Origin: Vezdaea acicularis
Lineage: Eukaryota
Direction of reading: 5' to 3'
Assembly: GCA_026025075.1 (NCBI GenBank)
Contig: JAPEUI010000039.1
Coordinates: forward strand, 1-64,000
Length of the DNA stretch: 64,000 bases
A model generated the notes under the pieces. It made no database searches, was not told the origin of the DNA, and worked only from the letters and a program-made list of their open reading frames with translations. Positions 36,322 through 48,095 of this stretch are shown here, in pieces (within the stretch, counting starts at the first letter, position 1; every line of letters begins with the position of its first letter). The translations under genes were made by a program, and so were the position numbers.

Positions 36322-38605
36322 ATGCTCCAACTGCAGTGGAATCTCGATCGGACGGTCGATCGCGGGATCAATCTTGCGTTGAATTTTGTCAAGATCGCAC
36401 ATCACGATAACATCCAACCGATCGCACTTATGGCTTGCGAACGATTTGGAGCCACGCTACCTATATGCCACCAGACCCGACGATTAGTCGAGAAAGAATG
36501 CTGTTTACAAATAGACAACGTAATAATCAACTCAATCAAAGCTCTCGTCATACAGGCTGGTGGGAATACACTGGAAAGCCTAGCTACCAATCTAGCAGGT
36601 CTGAATTTTTTGGCCCTTGCAACATCCCTAGTTTCAGTCACAACAATTACGGAATCGTCAGATGCAATCCAGAAAATGCTAGAGAATTCAGCGAGTGAGA
36701 GGCATCTCGTTCCTCCTGAGTTCCACATAAGACGTATTCTTGAAGTACTAGAGCCTCGGTTAAACCGCATTGGTTTTCTGGATCGTTGTTATGCGACTGA
36801 TTGTTGGCTCAAAGATGTTGTTGACGATTACAAAGGCAACAAATATACTATCCCTTCTGCCACTGGCGTTGGGTCCATTGTTGCTACTCTCAGACCTCTT
36901 TTCAGGCTAGGTGATGAGCAAGTCGACTATGTTACTATCACTCCCAACTCATGTCTGGCCTGGTTAATCACCTTTATTGAGTGGTGCCTTGGAACTCGTC
37001 CATCTATTTACTCTTCCGATGGCTCCCCAATTAATTTGGAACCCGAATCTAAAGTTAGGATTGTTCTTCCGCTTGTACCAAAACCAAGCCAAGGGATTGG
37101 AATTGAGACTTTTACAATCTCTAACACCTTATACGATGCTATTTGTATACATCATGCCGTGGATGATTATGGTGAGCCCCTCAGTTGGACCGGACTTGTG
37201 AGCATTCATACTCACGCAGAACAAATGTTACGATTGATGGATGCGGAGAAGGGCCTTGGACTACGTGCAGTCATGAATGGCCTTTCATATGCTATCACAG
37301 AGGTACTGGACCGAATTACATCCGCCGAAAATTTCATGTCTTCCCATCCGCCTAAAGTCTATCCGTCAATGGCTCGACTTTTCCCTGATACAGAATCAAT
37401 ACAAAGAACAATTGATACCTATTTCGGTCGGTACGCAAAGGATTTTCCAGGCCTACAAAAGTTGTCGCCTGGTTCACGTTGTATGCTAGGGTTGAAGTCT
37501 TTATGAATCAAAACCCCTCATTAACTGTTATCTAGTATCTGATGTCAAAATCATACGCCAGTGGGCAGAACCTTCGTATAATACAGGATTTGCGGCTTTG
37601 AAATCGAAATTAGATCTATACAACACCGGGAAGAGATCTTCAGACTCAACTTTGGAATCAACAATTCAAGTACCTGACTACACTTTGGATCTGCATATCG
37701 AAACACACGTTACTCGCAACATTGCTAAACTAATGAGCAATATTCTAGTTCTTTCACTGGTACATTCGGACCTTGAGATAGTTCGCCTTTGCCTCAAACC
37801 CAAATTTGGACCGACGGATCTTGACATAGTCCAGAAAATCTTCGAAGCGCTTTCATCTTCAGATCCTGTGACTTGTAAAGTCACCGAGGTTTTCACCTTT
37901 TTTTTGGCTCTTTTAGATCACGACGAAGCAAAATTTTCCGAACGGAACACCATTTCTATAGAAGATAACTGGCTAGCGACGTCAGCCCGTGGCCAGGTAC
38001 TTTTTCCCCGTCTTTTACTCGACATGAGTCTCGAGAAAACACCAATTATTCAGTTCATATGTTTGCCAGGTGTCCTATCAATGAAGGATCGACCAAAAGG
38101 GGAACAATTCAGATCGCTGATATCTGATGACCGTGGTTATGAGTCTAAAGATCCAGCAGTAATACCTAGCTCGCAGATCGGGAACCTTTCACGATTCAGT
38201 ACCTTAAGACATGAATGGCGATTCCGTATTGTCCCAGACTCAGTACCAGTACATTTGAGTCTGAAAGATTACGCTGGATATTCTACGAGAGTTGGTCCAG
38301 GCGACATACTCAGAGGATGCCCCAATGTTCTATTTGTACTATCCTGCAATCATGTACAGGATATGGTGATAGAGGAGCAGGTGGAAGACTACGTATTTGT
38401 GCACCCGGACGACTTTCTTCGCGGACTGGTCTATCGAGGGAAAATACTCATATATGCTGTTCGAGGAAACGACCCGCTTCGATTAATGATCATTGGTGTC
38501 ATTCATGGCTCTTCCCGCAATCTAGTTGCTTTTAGTAGGGATGCATGCCTTAAATGCTCATTACAGCTATGTCGAATAGAAGACGTGAAGTGTCTGATTT
38601 GCTGA
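36322..38605 (+). CDS. Hypothetical protein, 742 aa, two exons
   Basis: Exon 1 36322-37480, intron 37481-37535 (GTATGC...TAG), exon 2 37536-38605 joins in frame with no stops; Cys-rich C-terminus CLKCSLQLC. Confidence 0.82.
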
Positions 38606-39413
38606 TAAATTTCGTAGATTACAACGGTAGTGATTGCTACTCAGAGATAGAGATTAAAGATTCAGACCTTAGAGAGCGGGCGAGAGAGCATGAAAAGAGG
38701 GCCGGAGGACGGGCGTTTCTGATAGTGAATTTATTTCTTCGGGCGCTCTGGATTGCTCTGGCGATTTTAAGAAGATGATTTGCCTGTGGCCTGGCCCGAG
38801 GAGGCGGCGTTCGTGCAGTGTGTTAGGTGGATGTTACGAAATTATCCGTAAGGTGGTTAATTGGCGTGATAAATGAAGGTGAGAGATTACACGCGTTTGG
38901 AGCGAAGCCCCAAGCCGCTAAGCCGCTTTGGGCTCTCGAATATGGAATATTTCAACAGAATTCGCAGATCACGTGACGCCAGTCGAGAGTATATCACCTC
39001 GATTCCGCTGGTAGCTTTAGGCATCGTCTTTCTTAATACAAATAATACAATACAAAACTTCTATTAAGTCTTGTCAGCAGAGGGGAAGAAAGAAGAGAGG
39101 AACCATACTACCTAAGCTGACCGAAGGCATGTAGTGATACAAGCAAGTGATGAAAAAGATTGACACAACTTTTCAGTCACCGGGAAAAAGAATAATATTC
39201 AAGTAAGTCTCATGGCATGAGCTATAACAAACCATACTTGCTAAGCATTCATTTATCTCCGGCGGCAGTGTCAAGGCTTTTGGATTAAGACTATTCTATA
39301 AAGCTGAAAATAGTTAACACGTTAAGATTTTTTTCCTGAGACAAATGATTGGCAATGATGATAGGAGTTGTGTATTATATAAATGCATCAATAGTTCGGT
39401 AAGTTAAATTGTG

Positions 39414-39820
39414 TGTAATGACTGCACTAACCTCTAGCTTTTATCAAAATTTTTGGAATGAATAAAGGGTAAGAAAATTAGCTTCAGCTTTGCTTCAGCT
39501 TTGCTTAGCCTCCTAGCACCCAGCATAAGGCCAGGTAGTTTTTAGATCACCTGACATAGATAAACGCAGCTATTAGAGCTGCCGCTTTCCTTAAGATAAC
39601 TCCTCAGCAATCAACTCATCTATTCATCTGAATAACTAGTAGGAAAGCATCCTTGCTCTGCTTTATCTGATCTTTGCCTTATCTCATCTTGCCTTGTTTT
39701 GCCTTGCTCCAGCTATTATCACTGCACCTAATTTTTGCCTGCAAGTCCTTGAGTTCTTAGGAGTTAGCTTATACGCTCACAGACTCTTGCCCCCTGACAA
39801 AACACTGGCTTGTCCTTACA
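39414..39820. mobile_element. Solo LTR (family C), reverse orientation to 42477-42888
   Basis: TGTAAT...CTTACA ends; TSD TTGTG/TTATG; reverse-complement homology to 42477-42888. Confidence 0.85.
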
Positions 39821-40259
39821 TTATGCCTGCAAAGAGGCTGCCACAGTTCTAAAAAATTTAAGCAATAATATTGTTGTGATTGGACTGAAGCATTTCCCAT
39901 TAGAGCTCTTGTTTAACCCAATGTTAATAGGTGATTGTTGATCTGAGAATTATTAGTATTTTCTCCTTAGCCTTGCAGATGATAGTGTCTGAATGATTGA
40001 ATTCTCTGCTTTTGATTTCTGTTACAACAACTTTGTAAGCTATGTCGGATCAAACAGGGCCCTTAGAAAGCAAACTTGTGTACGGCATCAGAAACCAATT
40101 ACTATACTAGCAAACCTCCTCTTCTCGACTGGACCAGACGGCATTACAAGAAATTCTGTAAGCCACCATGCAGCTTTGACTCCATCACGTCAACCCTTTT
40201 TACGGTGAAATAATTAAATTATCAATTGTATTTTTTTGGAAATACTACCGCTAAAGTGA

Positions 40260-40638
40260 TGTAAAGGCGGGCACAATAACTGCCTCTGATTCTGAGAGCG
40301 TAATAGGCCAAATGCTATCTGCAGTATGCCTGCAATACTACTGCGTGTTAAATAGGCTATAAAAATAGGCGGGCCGCTGGCGATAGCTAACGATATCACT
40401 GGACTATATAGAAATAGCGATATAGCAATATAATGGATGAATTGCGATTATATGAATAGATTCCAAGAACTAGCTATGAGCCAAAACTATTTAATGCCAA
40501 ATTCATAGCGGGACCGATTTGATATATATGTCAGGGGCGCGCTGACTAAGCGCCCTCTAAGCGCCACTGGCGTCTAAGCAAAAGCAGCCGTCTAGGACGC
40601 GCCGGCGTGCCCTAAGCAGATGCCACCGCGTTTTTACA
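40260..40638. mobile_element. Solo LTR (family D), decayed
   Basis: TGTAAA...TTTACA ends; homologous to 41456, 43099 and 43490 copies; TSD poorly preserved. Confidence 0.82.
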
Positions 40639-40739
40639 AATATAGATCAATAATTTAAGTCTCCATGCGCTTGTAAAAGCAGAGGTTAAGCTTACTCTAG
40701 CATCTCTCTACGTCAAAAGACTACAATGATTAACCTTGC

Positions 40740-41210
40740 GTGCAATTATGCCTAACACCTATTTTACATGCAGTAAGCTATTGCGCATCCTTCAGGCCGC
40801 ACCCGCAGCTCTCAGGCCTCGTCTGCGCACTACTCCGGACATTTTTCTTAGGGAGTCAAGGGTGTTGTATAGGGGCTTCTGTCTTAGGTGGTGTCTGGGG
40901 TGGCATTCTTGGAAGACGTGATGTATTGTCTGTAAGTCCTGTCAGCGGTTGCAGAAGGGAGAGTGTATGTCTGGAGTTTTTTGTTTATGGAGGAAATCTA
41001 CAGGACCTATCTTTTTAGCCCGGAATTAGACGATGAGAAAGCTGATAGCTTTACAAGTAAGGTGCTGAGAAGATCGTCAAGCTTGTTGGTGATCTACCAT
41101 TTGCACTTGCTCATGCTAGATCCTTCATGCGAGCAACAACTACGAGTGTCAATGACTACATTAATTTTTGCAAGAAAGAATGGAAGACACTGTTTCAACC
41201 TGACTGTACG
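40740..41210 (-). mobile_element. Non-LTR retrotransposon (Tad1-like LINE) ORF2 3' remnant; boundaries approximate
   Basis: Minus-strand translation LIV*FRAKKIGPVDFLHKQKTPDIHSPFCNR*QDLQTIHHVFQEC resembles the C-terminal Cys/His knuckle region of fungal LINE ORF2. Confidence 0.55.
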
Positions 41211-41260
41211 TCACTGTAAGATTACTTTAACGGTAGCATATTGTCGACATAGAGTCTGTC

Positions 41261-41455
41261 TAGAAGGATGGACACGAGCTCTGCCCCTTTCCTGAGAGCG
41301 TGGCAGGCGTACGGCATCTGCGTCCTGCTTGCGGCAAGGGGGCATACACTCAGCTAGGTGTACGTGGGCTACGGTAGCTAGATATAATGATATGCTGCGG
41401 ATATAATGATAATCGCCCAATTAAATAAGGCGACATATAGACAATGGGATCATAT
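41261..41455. mobile_element. Truncated family A LTR, reverse orientation
   Basis: Reverse complement of the last ~195 bp of 30765-31150; cut at the family D copy. Confidence 0.8.
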
Positions 41456-41828
41456 TGTAAGGACGGGCACGATAGCTGCTCCTGATTCTGAGAGCGTGGT
41501 AGGCCGGCGCCGTCTGCGGTCCGCCTGCGGTGTCGCTGCGTGTTTAATAGGCTATAGGGGTAGGCGGGCAGCCGGCGATAGCTAGCAGTGTCACAGGGCT
41601 ATATAGATATAGCGATATAGCGATATAATGAATAGATTGCGATGAATAGATTCCAAGAACTAGCTATGAGTCAAGACTATTTGATGCCGCATCCCCAGCG
41701 GGACCGACTTGATATATATGTAAGGGGCGCGCTGACTAAGCGCCTCCTGAGCGCCGTCGGCGTTTAAGCAAGAGCAGCTGTCTAGAGCGCGCCGGCGCGC
41801 TCAAGACGGATGCCACCGCATTCTTACA
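41456..41828. mobile_element. Solo LTR (family D)
   Basis: TGTAAG...CTTACA; flanks CATAT/CCTAT; the interrupted family A sequence does not resume on the right. Confidence 0.85.
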
Positions 41829-42212
41829 CCTATGTCATGATCATCACAAATAAAATCAATCTACTTAAGAAATGATCATTGTGATGTTTGGGTCATTTGG
41901 ATTATAAAATAAATTGCCTATATAAACTACATAAAATTGCATATAAAATGAATAGATAATAATATACATGATCAAGCCTGTCCGCTACCCTTAAAAATGC
42001 GTAAATTGCAATAGTTCCTTGCGTCAGGGTTCCACCTTGGCTGCTGTAATCTAATTGCGTTATTGGTCTATCTCAGGCACTAATGCCACGTCCGTAACAT
42101 GAATGCGCGCATTTGAAAACCTCCACATTCAAAAATTGGATCATGATAGATCTTTAATTTATGACAGCAGCTAGCATCTCATTTTGATGGTCTATTCTTT
42201 ACTAAAAGTTTC

Positions 42213-43016
42213 TGTAAGACGCCACGGCGGCTTTCTTGGTGGCCCGCCAGTAGAGCTAGGCGGACTAAGCAAGATAAACGCCCCTTAGGGCCTAGTCCAG
42301 GGGCAGCGCTGATTGAGTCCCTTACCTATATATGCCGATGGCGCTACCCCAATGGCTCGTCATCAAATAGTTTTTTCTACTATATGCTATAGCTAGATCC
42401 TACGAGACTTCATTATATCTATATGACTCCATTGTCTATATATCGCCTCATTTAATCGGGCAATTATCATTATATCTGTAAGGACAGGCCAGTGCTTCGT
42501 CAGGAAGCGAGGATCTGTAAGCGTGTGAGCTAACTCCCAAAGACTCAAGAACTTGCAGACAAAGACTAGATGCAGTGGTAATAGCTGGAGCAAGGCAAGA
42601 TGAGGCAAGATAAGACAGAATGAAAGTCAGACGAAGCGAAGCGAGGATGCCTTCCTACTAGTTATTTAGATGAATAGATGAGTTGATTGCTGAAGAGCTA
42701 TCCTAAGAAAAACGGCAGCTCTAATAGCTACGCTTGTCTATGTCAGGTGATTTAAGGATCACCTAGCTTTATGTTAGATGCTAAGGGGCTAGGCGAAGCA
42801 GAAGCAAAGCTGAAGCAAAGTTAGCTCCCCTACTCTTTATTCATCCCAAAAGTTTTGATAAAAGCTAGAGGCTAATACAGTCATTACAATATCCGCAGCA
42901 TATCATTATATCTAGCTACCGTAGTCCACATACGCCTCCTTGCCGCAGGCAGGACGCAGACACTGTACGCCTGCCACGCTCTTAGGAAAGGAGCAGAGCT
43001 TGTGCTCACCCTTACA
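42213..43016. mobile_element. Solo LTR (family A) with nested family C LTR
   Basis: TGTAAG...CTTACA, TSD GTTTC/GTTTT; colinear with 30765-31150 once 42477-42893 is removed. Confidence 0.88.
42477..42888. mobile_element. Solo LTR (family C, 412 bp) nested in family A LTR
   Basis: TGTAAG...ATTACA; perfect TSD ATATC. Confidence 0.9.
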
Positions 43017-43098
43017 GTTTTCTTGTATTCTAAAACAAATTTTTGTACTACATGTAACTCTAGCCGCAAATCTGTCAAGGTTTTGCTCTTTTGTTTAT

Positions 43099-43476
43099 TG
43101 TAAGGACGGGTACGATAGCTGCTCCTGATTCTGAGAGCATAGTAAGCCGGCGCCGTCTGCAGCCCGCCTGTGATGTCACTGCGTGTTTAATAGGCTATAG
43201 GGGTAGGCGGGCCACCGGCGATAGCTAGCAACGTCACAGGGCTATATAGATATAGCGGTATAGTGATATAATGTATGGATTGCGGTTACATGAATAGATT
43301 CCAAGAATTAGCTATAGATCAAGACTATTCGATGCCGCACCCCTAGCGGACCTGACTCAATATATATATAAGAGACGCGCTGACTAAGCGCCCCCTGAGC
43401 GCCGCCGGCATCTAAGCAAGAACAGCTGTCTAGGGCGCGCTGGCGCGCTCTAGGCGGATGTCACCGTGTTCTTACA
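43099..43476. mobile_element. Solo LTR (family D)
   Basis: TGTAAG...CTTACA; TSD TTTAT/CTTAT. Confidence 0.88.
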
Positions 43477-43489
43477 CTTATACCTTACC

Positions 43490-43868
43490 TGTAAAGACAG
43501 GCATGATAGCTGCCCTTGATTCTGAGAGCGTAATAGGCTGGCGCCTTCTGCGGCTCGCCTGCGGTGTCGCTGCGTGTTTAATAGGCTATAGAAGTAGGCG
43601 GGCCGCCGGCAATAGCTACTAGTGTCACAGGACTATATAGATGTAGCGATATAGCGATATAATGAATGAACTGCGATTACATGAATAGATTCCAAGAACT
43701 AGCTATGAGTCAAAGACTATTCAATGCCGCGTCTCCAGCGGGACCGACTCAATATATATGTAAAAGGCGCGTTAACTAAGCGTCCCCTGAGCGCCGTCGA
43801 TGTCTAAGCGAGAGCAGCCGTCTAGGGCGCGCCGGCGCGCTCAAAACAAATGCTACCGCGTTCTTACA
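43490..43868. mobile_element. Solo LTR (family D)
   Basis: TGTAAA...CTTACA; TSD TTACC/TCACC. Confidence 0.88.
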
Positions 43869-44736
43869 TCACCCCTGCTTACGTCTGTTAAGTAAAAAAA
43901 GGGTGATTAAAGCAGCCTTACTCACTTTTTAGGATAAAAGAAGTAATTAGTAAATTAGTAATCTGTGTATGATATAAGGTTGTTATAATAAATGATATAA
44001 TATTATATAAAACCATTCTAATGATTGATTCATAATCTAAAATTATTTAATACTGAGGCTTTAGCAAATTTGATTAAATTTAAGCTTGAACAGACGTCTA
44101 AAGTGCAGTGACGCATCATAACAGCTGTTGCCACATTTTTACCCTTATAAACTTTTATTAAAAAATAAAATAGCTGATATCAGCTTTTAAAAGAATTTAT
44201 ATTGTGAGCTATTCACGTTCAAAATATTGAAATATCTCATGTTTCTATAGTTTATTTTATTATAATTGAACCAAAAAGTTAAAAACTCATTAGCAGTTAA
44301 TGCCGCAACATGCAATTTTCCAATTATTTGAATAATAACCTATAGATATACAACAATTAAAAGATTTTAAATTATATTATATCTAAAATGTATATAATTT
44401 ACATGCAATAAATTAACTAAAACTTGAAATATTTGAGATTTAATATAAGTTTAAATGAAAAAGTTTGTAGAATTTTTTTATTTGTTTGCCTGAAGCCCTT
44501 GCATGTTCTAAAAACAGCTAGCAAAAACTTTTAAATTTAGTATAAGTAAGAAAACTATTCAAAATGCTCTGAAACACAAGAGTTCATATCACATTTTTAG
44601 TTATGCAAAGGTTTTTGATAGCTGAAAAAATACATAAATTACAATTACTTTAAGCATTAAAATATTTCAATTGAAAATTATATTAATAATCCTATAAGAA
44701 CAAGCATGAACTTTGTTTTGTTTCTGAAAACATGAT

Positions 44737-45114
44737 TATAAAAAATAATCATAGTTTTTGTAGAGCTTGCTGGCAGAGCTATAGTAATTAAACAAAATAA
44801 GTTTTTGCTTAAAATTTAGCTCAAAAAATGCAATAATCAATCTTTATTATATGTATTGTTAATGGCACTAACTTGTGGGCTTGTCATTAAATAGTTTTCA
44901 ATACTATAAACAGTATATACGATGTCTTATAATTTATATCATTATATCTATCTATAATTATTATATATATTATATATTATTATATCTAGCTACCGCAGCT
45001 ATATAGTCTGCGTACATCTTGTTGAGCGTACGTCTCCTAGCTGCAAGCAAGACGCAAGCGTTGTGCATTTGTCAGATTTTCAGAAAAAAGATAAAGCTCA
45101 TACTTATTTTTATA
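44737..45114. mobile_element. Heavily mutated family A-like LTR; boundaries approximate
   Basis: Residual matches GCAGAGCTAT, TTATATCTAGCTACCGCAGCT, GCAAGACGCA in the same order as family A. Confidence 0.55.
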
Positions 45115-45362
45115 TAAGAATTCTGCTTGCAAAAAATGTTTTCTTTTAGCGATGCATTATTTTTATTGTTCTTTTTTGTGAAGTAAACACTTTTGACAGA
45201 AGCAAATTTTAGGCAATATTTGTCTGCCAAACTTTTGGAAAGAAAAAAAAAAAGTATACTTATTTTTGCAATTTATATAAATATAAGGTTTTATTATTTA
45301 AATACTTAAATATCTCAAAAATTAAATTTTAGATTAACTTTCACTTGCATGTTTGCAAAATA

Positions 45363-46662
45363 CATAGGGACAAAAGAAGTTACAGAATGCTCATGTTGCA
45401 ACAATTGAAATTGACGACTTCAATTGAATATTGTGGCACCACTATGCATTGCTACGGCTTATAGTTAGAAAAATGAATAATATAGATGTTTATTTGTTGT
45501 TACTAGCGCTATCAGCAAATGTGACCTCTTTTTGCTTTTATGCAAGCCCGCATGCGCTGTAGCATGCCTTCAGCTAATTTTTTTAAACACAAGCAATTCA
45601 ACCTATGTCATTCTTCTTAAATGATTCTTTTAAGGACTGCTGCATTTTTAGCAATCTCTGCTATTGTTAGTTGCTTGTTTAAGTTGTAGCCATAAATTTT
45701 TGATAGGATTAAGATTTGAAAAGCATGCTAGCCAATCTAACATTAGTATCCTATTCTTTTCAAGCCAATTTTTCATAAATTTTGACCTATGACGTGATGC
45801 TCCATCATGCATGTAATAATATTCCTAATGTTTCTATGTAAGCTGATGCAATTTGAGCTATACTGCAGCCTTTAAAGCATCTTGCATATATTTTTTTCTA
45901 TTTATTCTACTATCCAGCATAATTATAAACCCCGATTTTTTATCTCTTATATAAACCCAGATGCCAATAGATGTTTTGCCACTTCTAAATGATGATGTCA
46001 AACATTCAATAAGATATATTTCTTCTGATCTACGCCATATTCATATAACTCTGCTGATCAATTTTAGTTCTATATTGCATTTATCACTAAAAAATATTTT
46101 AGCCCAATCTTTACATGTTTAATGTTCATATGCATTAGCAAATATTAAATAGACGTTTTATGCCTTTGATTTAAAAATAATTTGTCTCTAACAATTCTAT
46201 AATGATATTCAAACTTATTTAGAGCTGTTTTAATTGTGGATGCATTGCAGTGAAAAATCCGGCATAACTCTGCTATTAAAATATGCCTATCTTGAACAAC
46301 TATTCTAACTAGCTTACATCTGTCTCTTATCAATAGACATTTAGGTTGACCGCTCTAAAACTAGCGGGCTGTGAAGTTGTTGGAGTTCATTTTGACGTGA
46401 GCTATTGCTTTTAAAATTTGGCCCAGCAAAACATGCTCATTTTTCATAATAATTCTATAAAAAATCTTGTACTTTACGAGCGTCAAAACAGCCAAAGCTT
46501 TTTGAAGAATCATATGTCAATGCGCTATCATTTTGCTACAAATTAAATGCTTCTACAACTATCTAAAACTTTAATCAAAGCTATCAAATACTTTTGCTAC
46601 CCTACAAATTGTTAATGACTTACATAATTTTAGAGCGTTCCAATATTTTTCTTTGCCGACTG
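45363..46662 (-). mobile_element. Tc1 (DD34E family) copy 2, decayed
   Basis: TA-flanked, 1300 bp, colinear with LTR-free copy 1 (same ends, HDGASRH, RIVVQDRHI); many stops, AT-enriched. Confidence 0.88.
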
Positions 46663-48095
46663 TATATCAAATTCACAGAAACATATTATAATATCTTTTG
46701 TCTCAAACATACTTATCCTATAATCTCAGCCTGCGCCAATTCTGCACTAAACTTACATTAGTGACGCATTGTAGATATGAATGCAGGAAAACATTGATGT
46801 TTTGCTTCCTTAGCATTAAATCTACATAGACTTGTTCATTGATTGCTACTACATATACTACTTCTTGATACTTCTGGTGATTCTCCTGAGTGAAGTTGCT
46901 CTATGCCGGATAGGGTTTAGTCTGCTCCCCACTCGGACGCCTACGCCTCACATCTTTCTGGCTATTTCTCTTTAGCATTGGCCTTATCGATTGCCGTCGT
47001 AGCTTGTACTAAAAGCCTTGCCTTGATATTAGCGACCGAACACTCCGGGTGATCGCCCTCTAGTGTCCCCAGCCTAAGCGGGGAATGACGTACACCCCAC
47101 ACCCAGACGTACCCTGTTTCTATACCATAATCAACACTTTCTATCTTCCTGCATTGACCATCTAGTATATACTATCCGATCTACAACTCTCGTAGAGTAA
47201 TCCTTTATGAGCCGCAGCGATGGGTTTTATCAGTGCACTGTTTTTGGTGCTCATTACCATCATCCGTGAGTACAGAGATTGGAACCGCGAGAGGCGCATG
47301 CTCACCTGCCTCAGTTCCACCAGTTGGAGTATTTGCCGTAGCAGGCTGCGGTGCTGATCTCTTGATTAACATCTGCTTGACTGTCTTGGGGTAAGACTGC
47401 CCATGCATCTCTCGTATGAGGAGTTTATGAAGGAAGCTTACGTGCCACAGTTATATACCGGGGCATATTCATGCATTTTACCTCGAGTACGTCTACTACG
47501 AACGACGTGAGGAAGCTCGTAGCGGCACGTTCGTTGCCCAGCGTGCCCCCGGCGTTTTCAGCGAGAATGTTCAGAGTGGGGGACGAAACTATGGTACGAT
47601 AGCGCAAACTGCCTGAGTCGGTTCAAACTATTCATCAAGGAATTACTATCGTTTCTGGCTCGCATTGAAGGACCCCGGAACTCAGGAAGGAATGATGAAT
47701 AGAGGCGACTATCAGATACCGCAAGCTCCTACGAGGTTAAGAGGTATTGGTGCTCAAGGTTTGAATTGATTGGCTTAATATCATCAATAACTTTTGAAAA
47801 TTGATATGCCCTATGAGGGCCTCTTGGACTGCATATGCTTCGTACTTGATTGGTGATGGGGATCGCTGGCTTCAATAACGTTTTTTACCATGTGACATGA
47901 AAGCAGAATCTTGAGATAGCAGTAAAGACAAAGGCATAAATTTGATATCCAGTGCTCAACTTTTTTCTTGCGTTTGAGGTGTGGTGCTCATTTGGCGTGT
48001 TCTCGTTTAAAGCTCGCGAGTTGATGACACGTTCGTGATCTGGAAGGTTTAGACTACCTCTCCTCCCGCACCACAACAACCGACGAAGATCGAGG

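Noticed and set aside
41456..43476. Full-length LTR retrotransposon bounded by two family D LTRs
   Set aside because: Outer flanks do not match as a pair, the right LTR has its own TSD, and the interior has no gag/pol.
43099..43868. TRIM or miniature LTR retrotransposon formed by two adjacent LTRs
   Set aside because: Each LTR has its own TSD and the 13-bp spacer has no PBS or PPT.
28500..47500. Starship element
   Set aside because: No tyrosine recombinase (captain) gene or diagnostic boundary repeats seen; kept only as an unclassified island.
47205..47607. Small minus-strand ORFs at the right edge of the island
   Set aside because: No recognisable motif or convincing exon structure.
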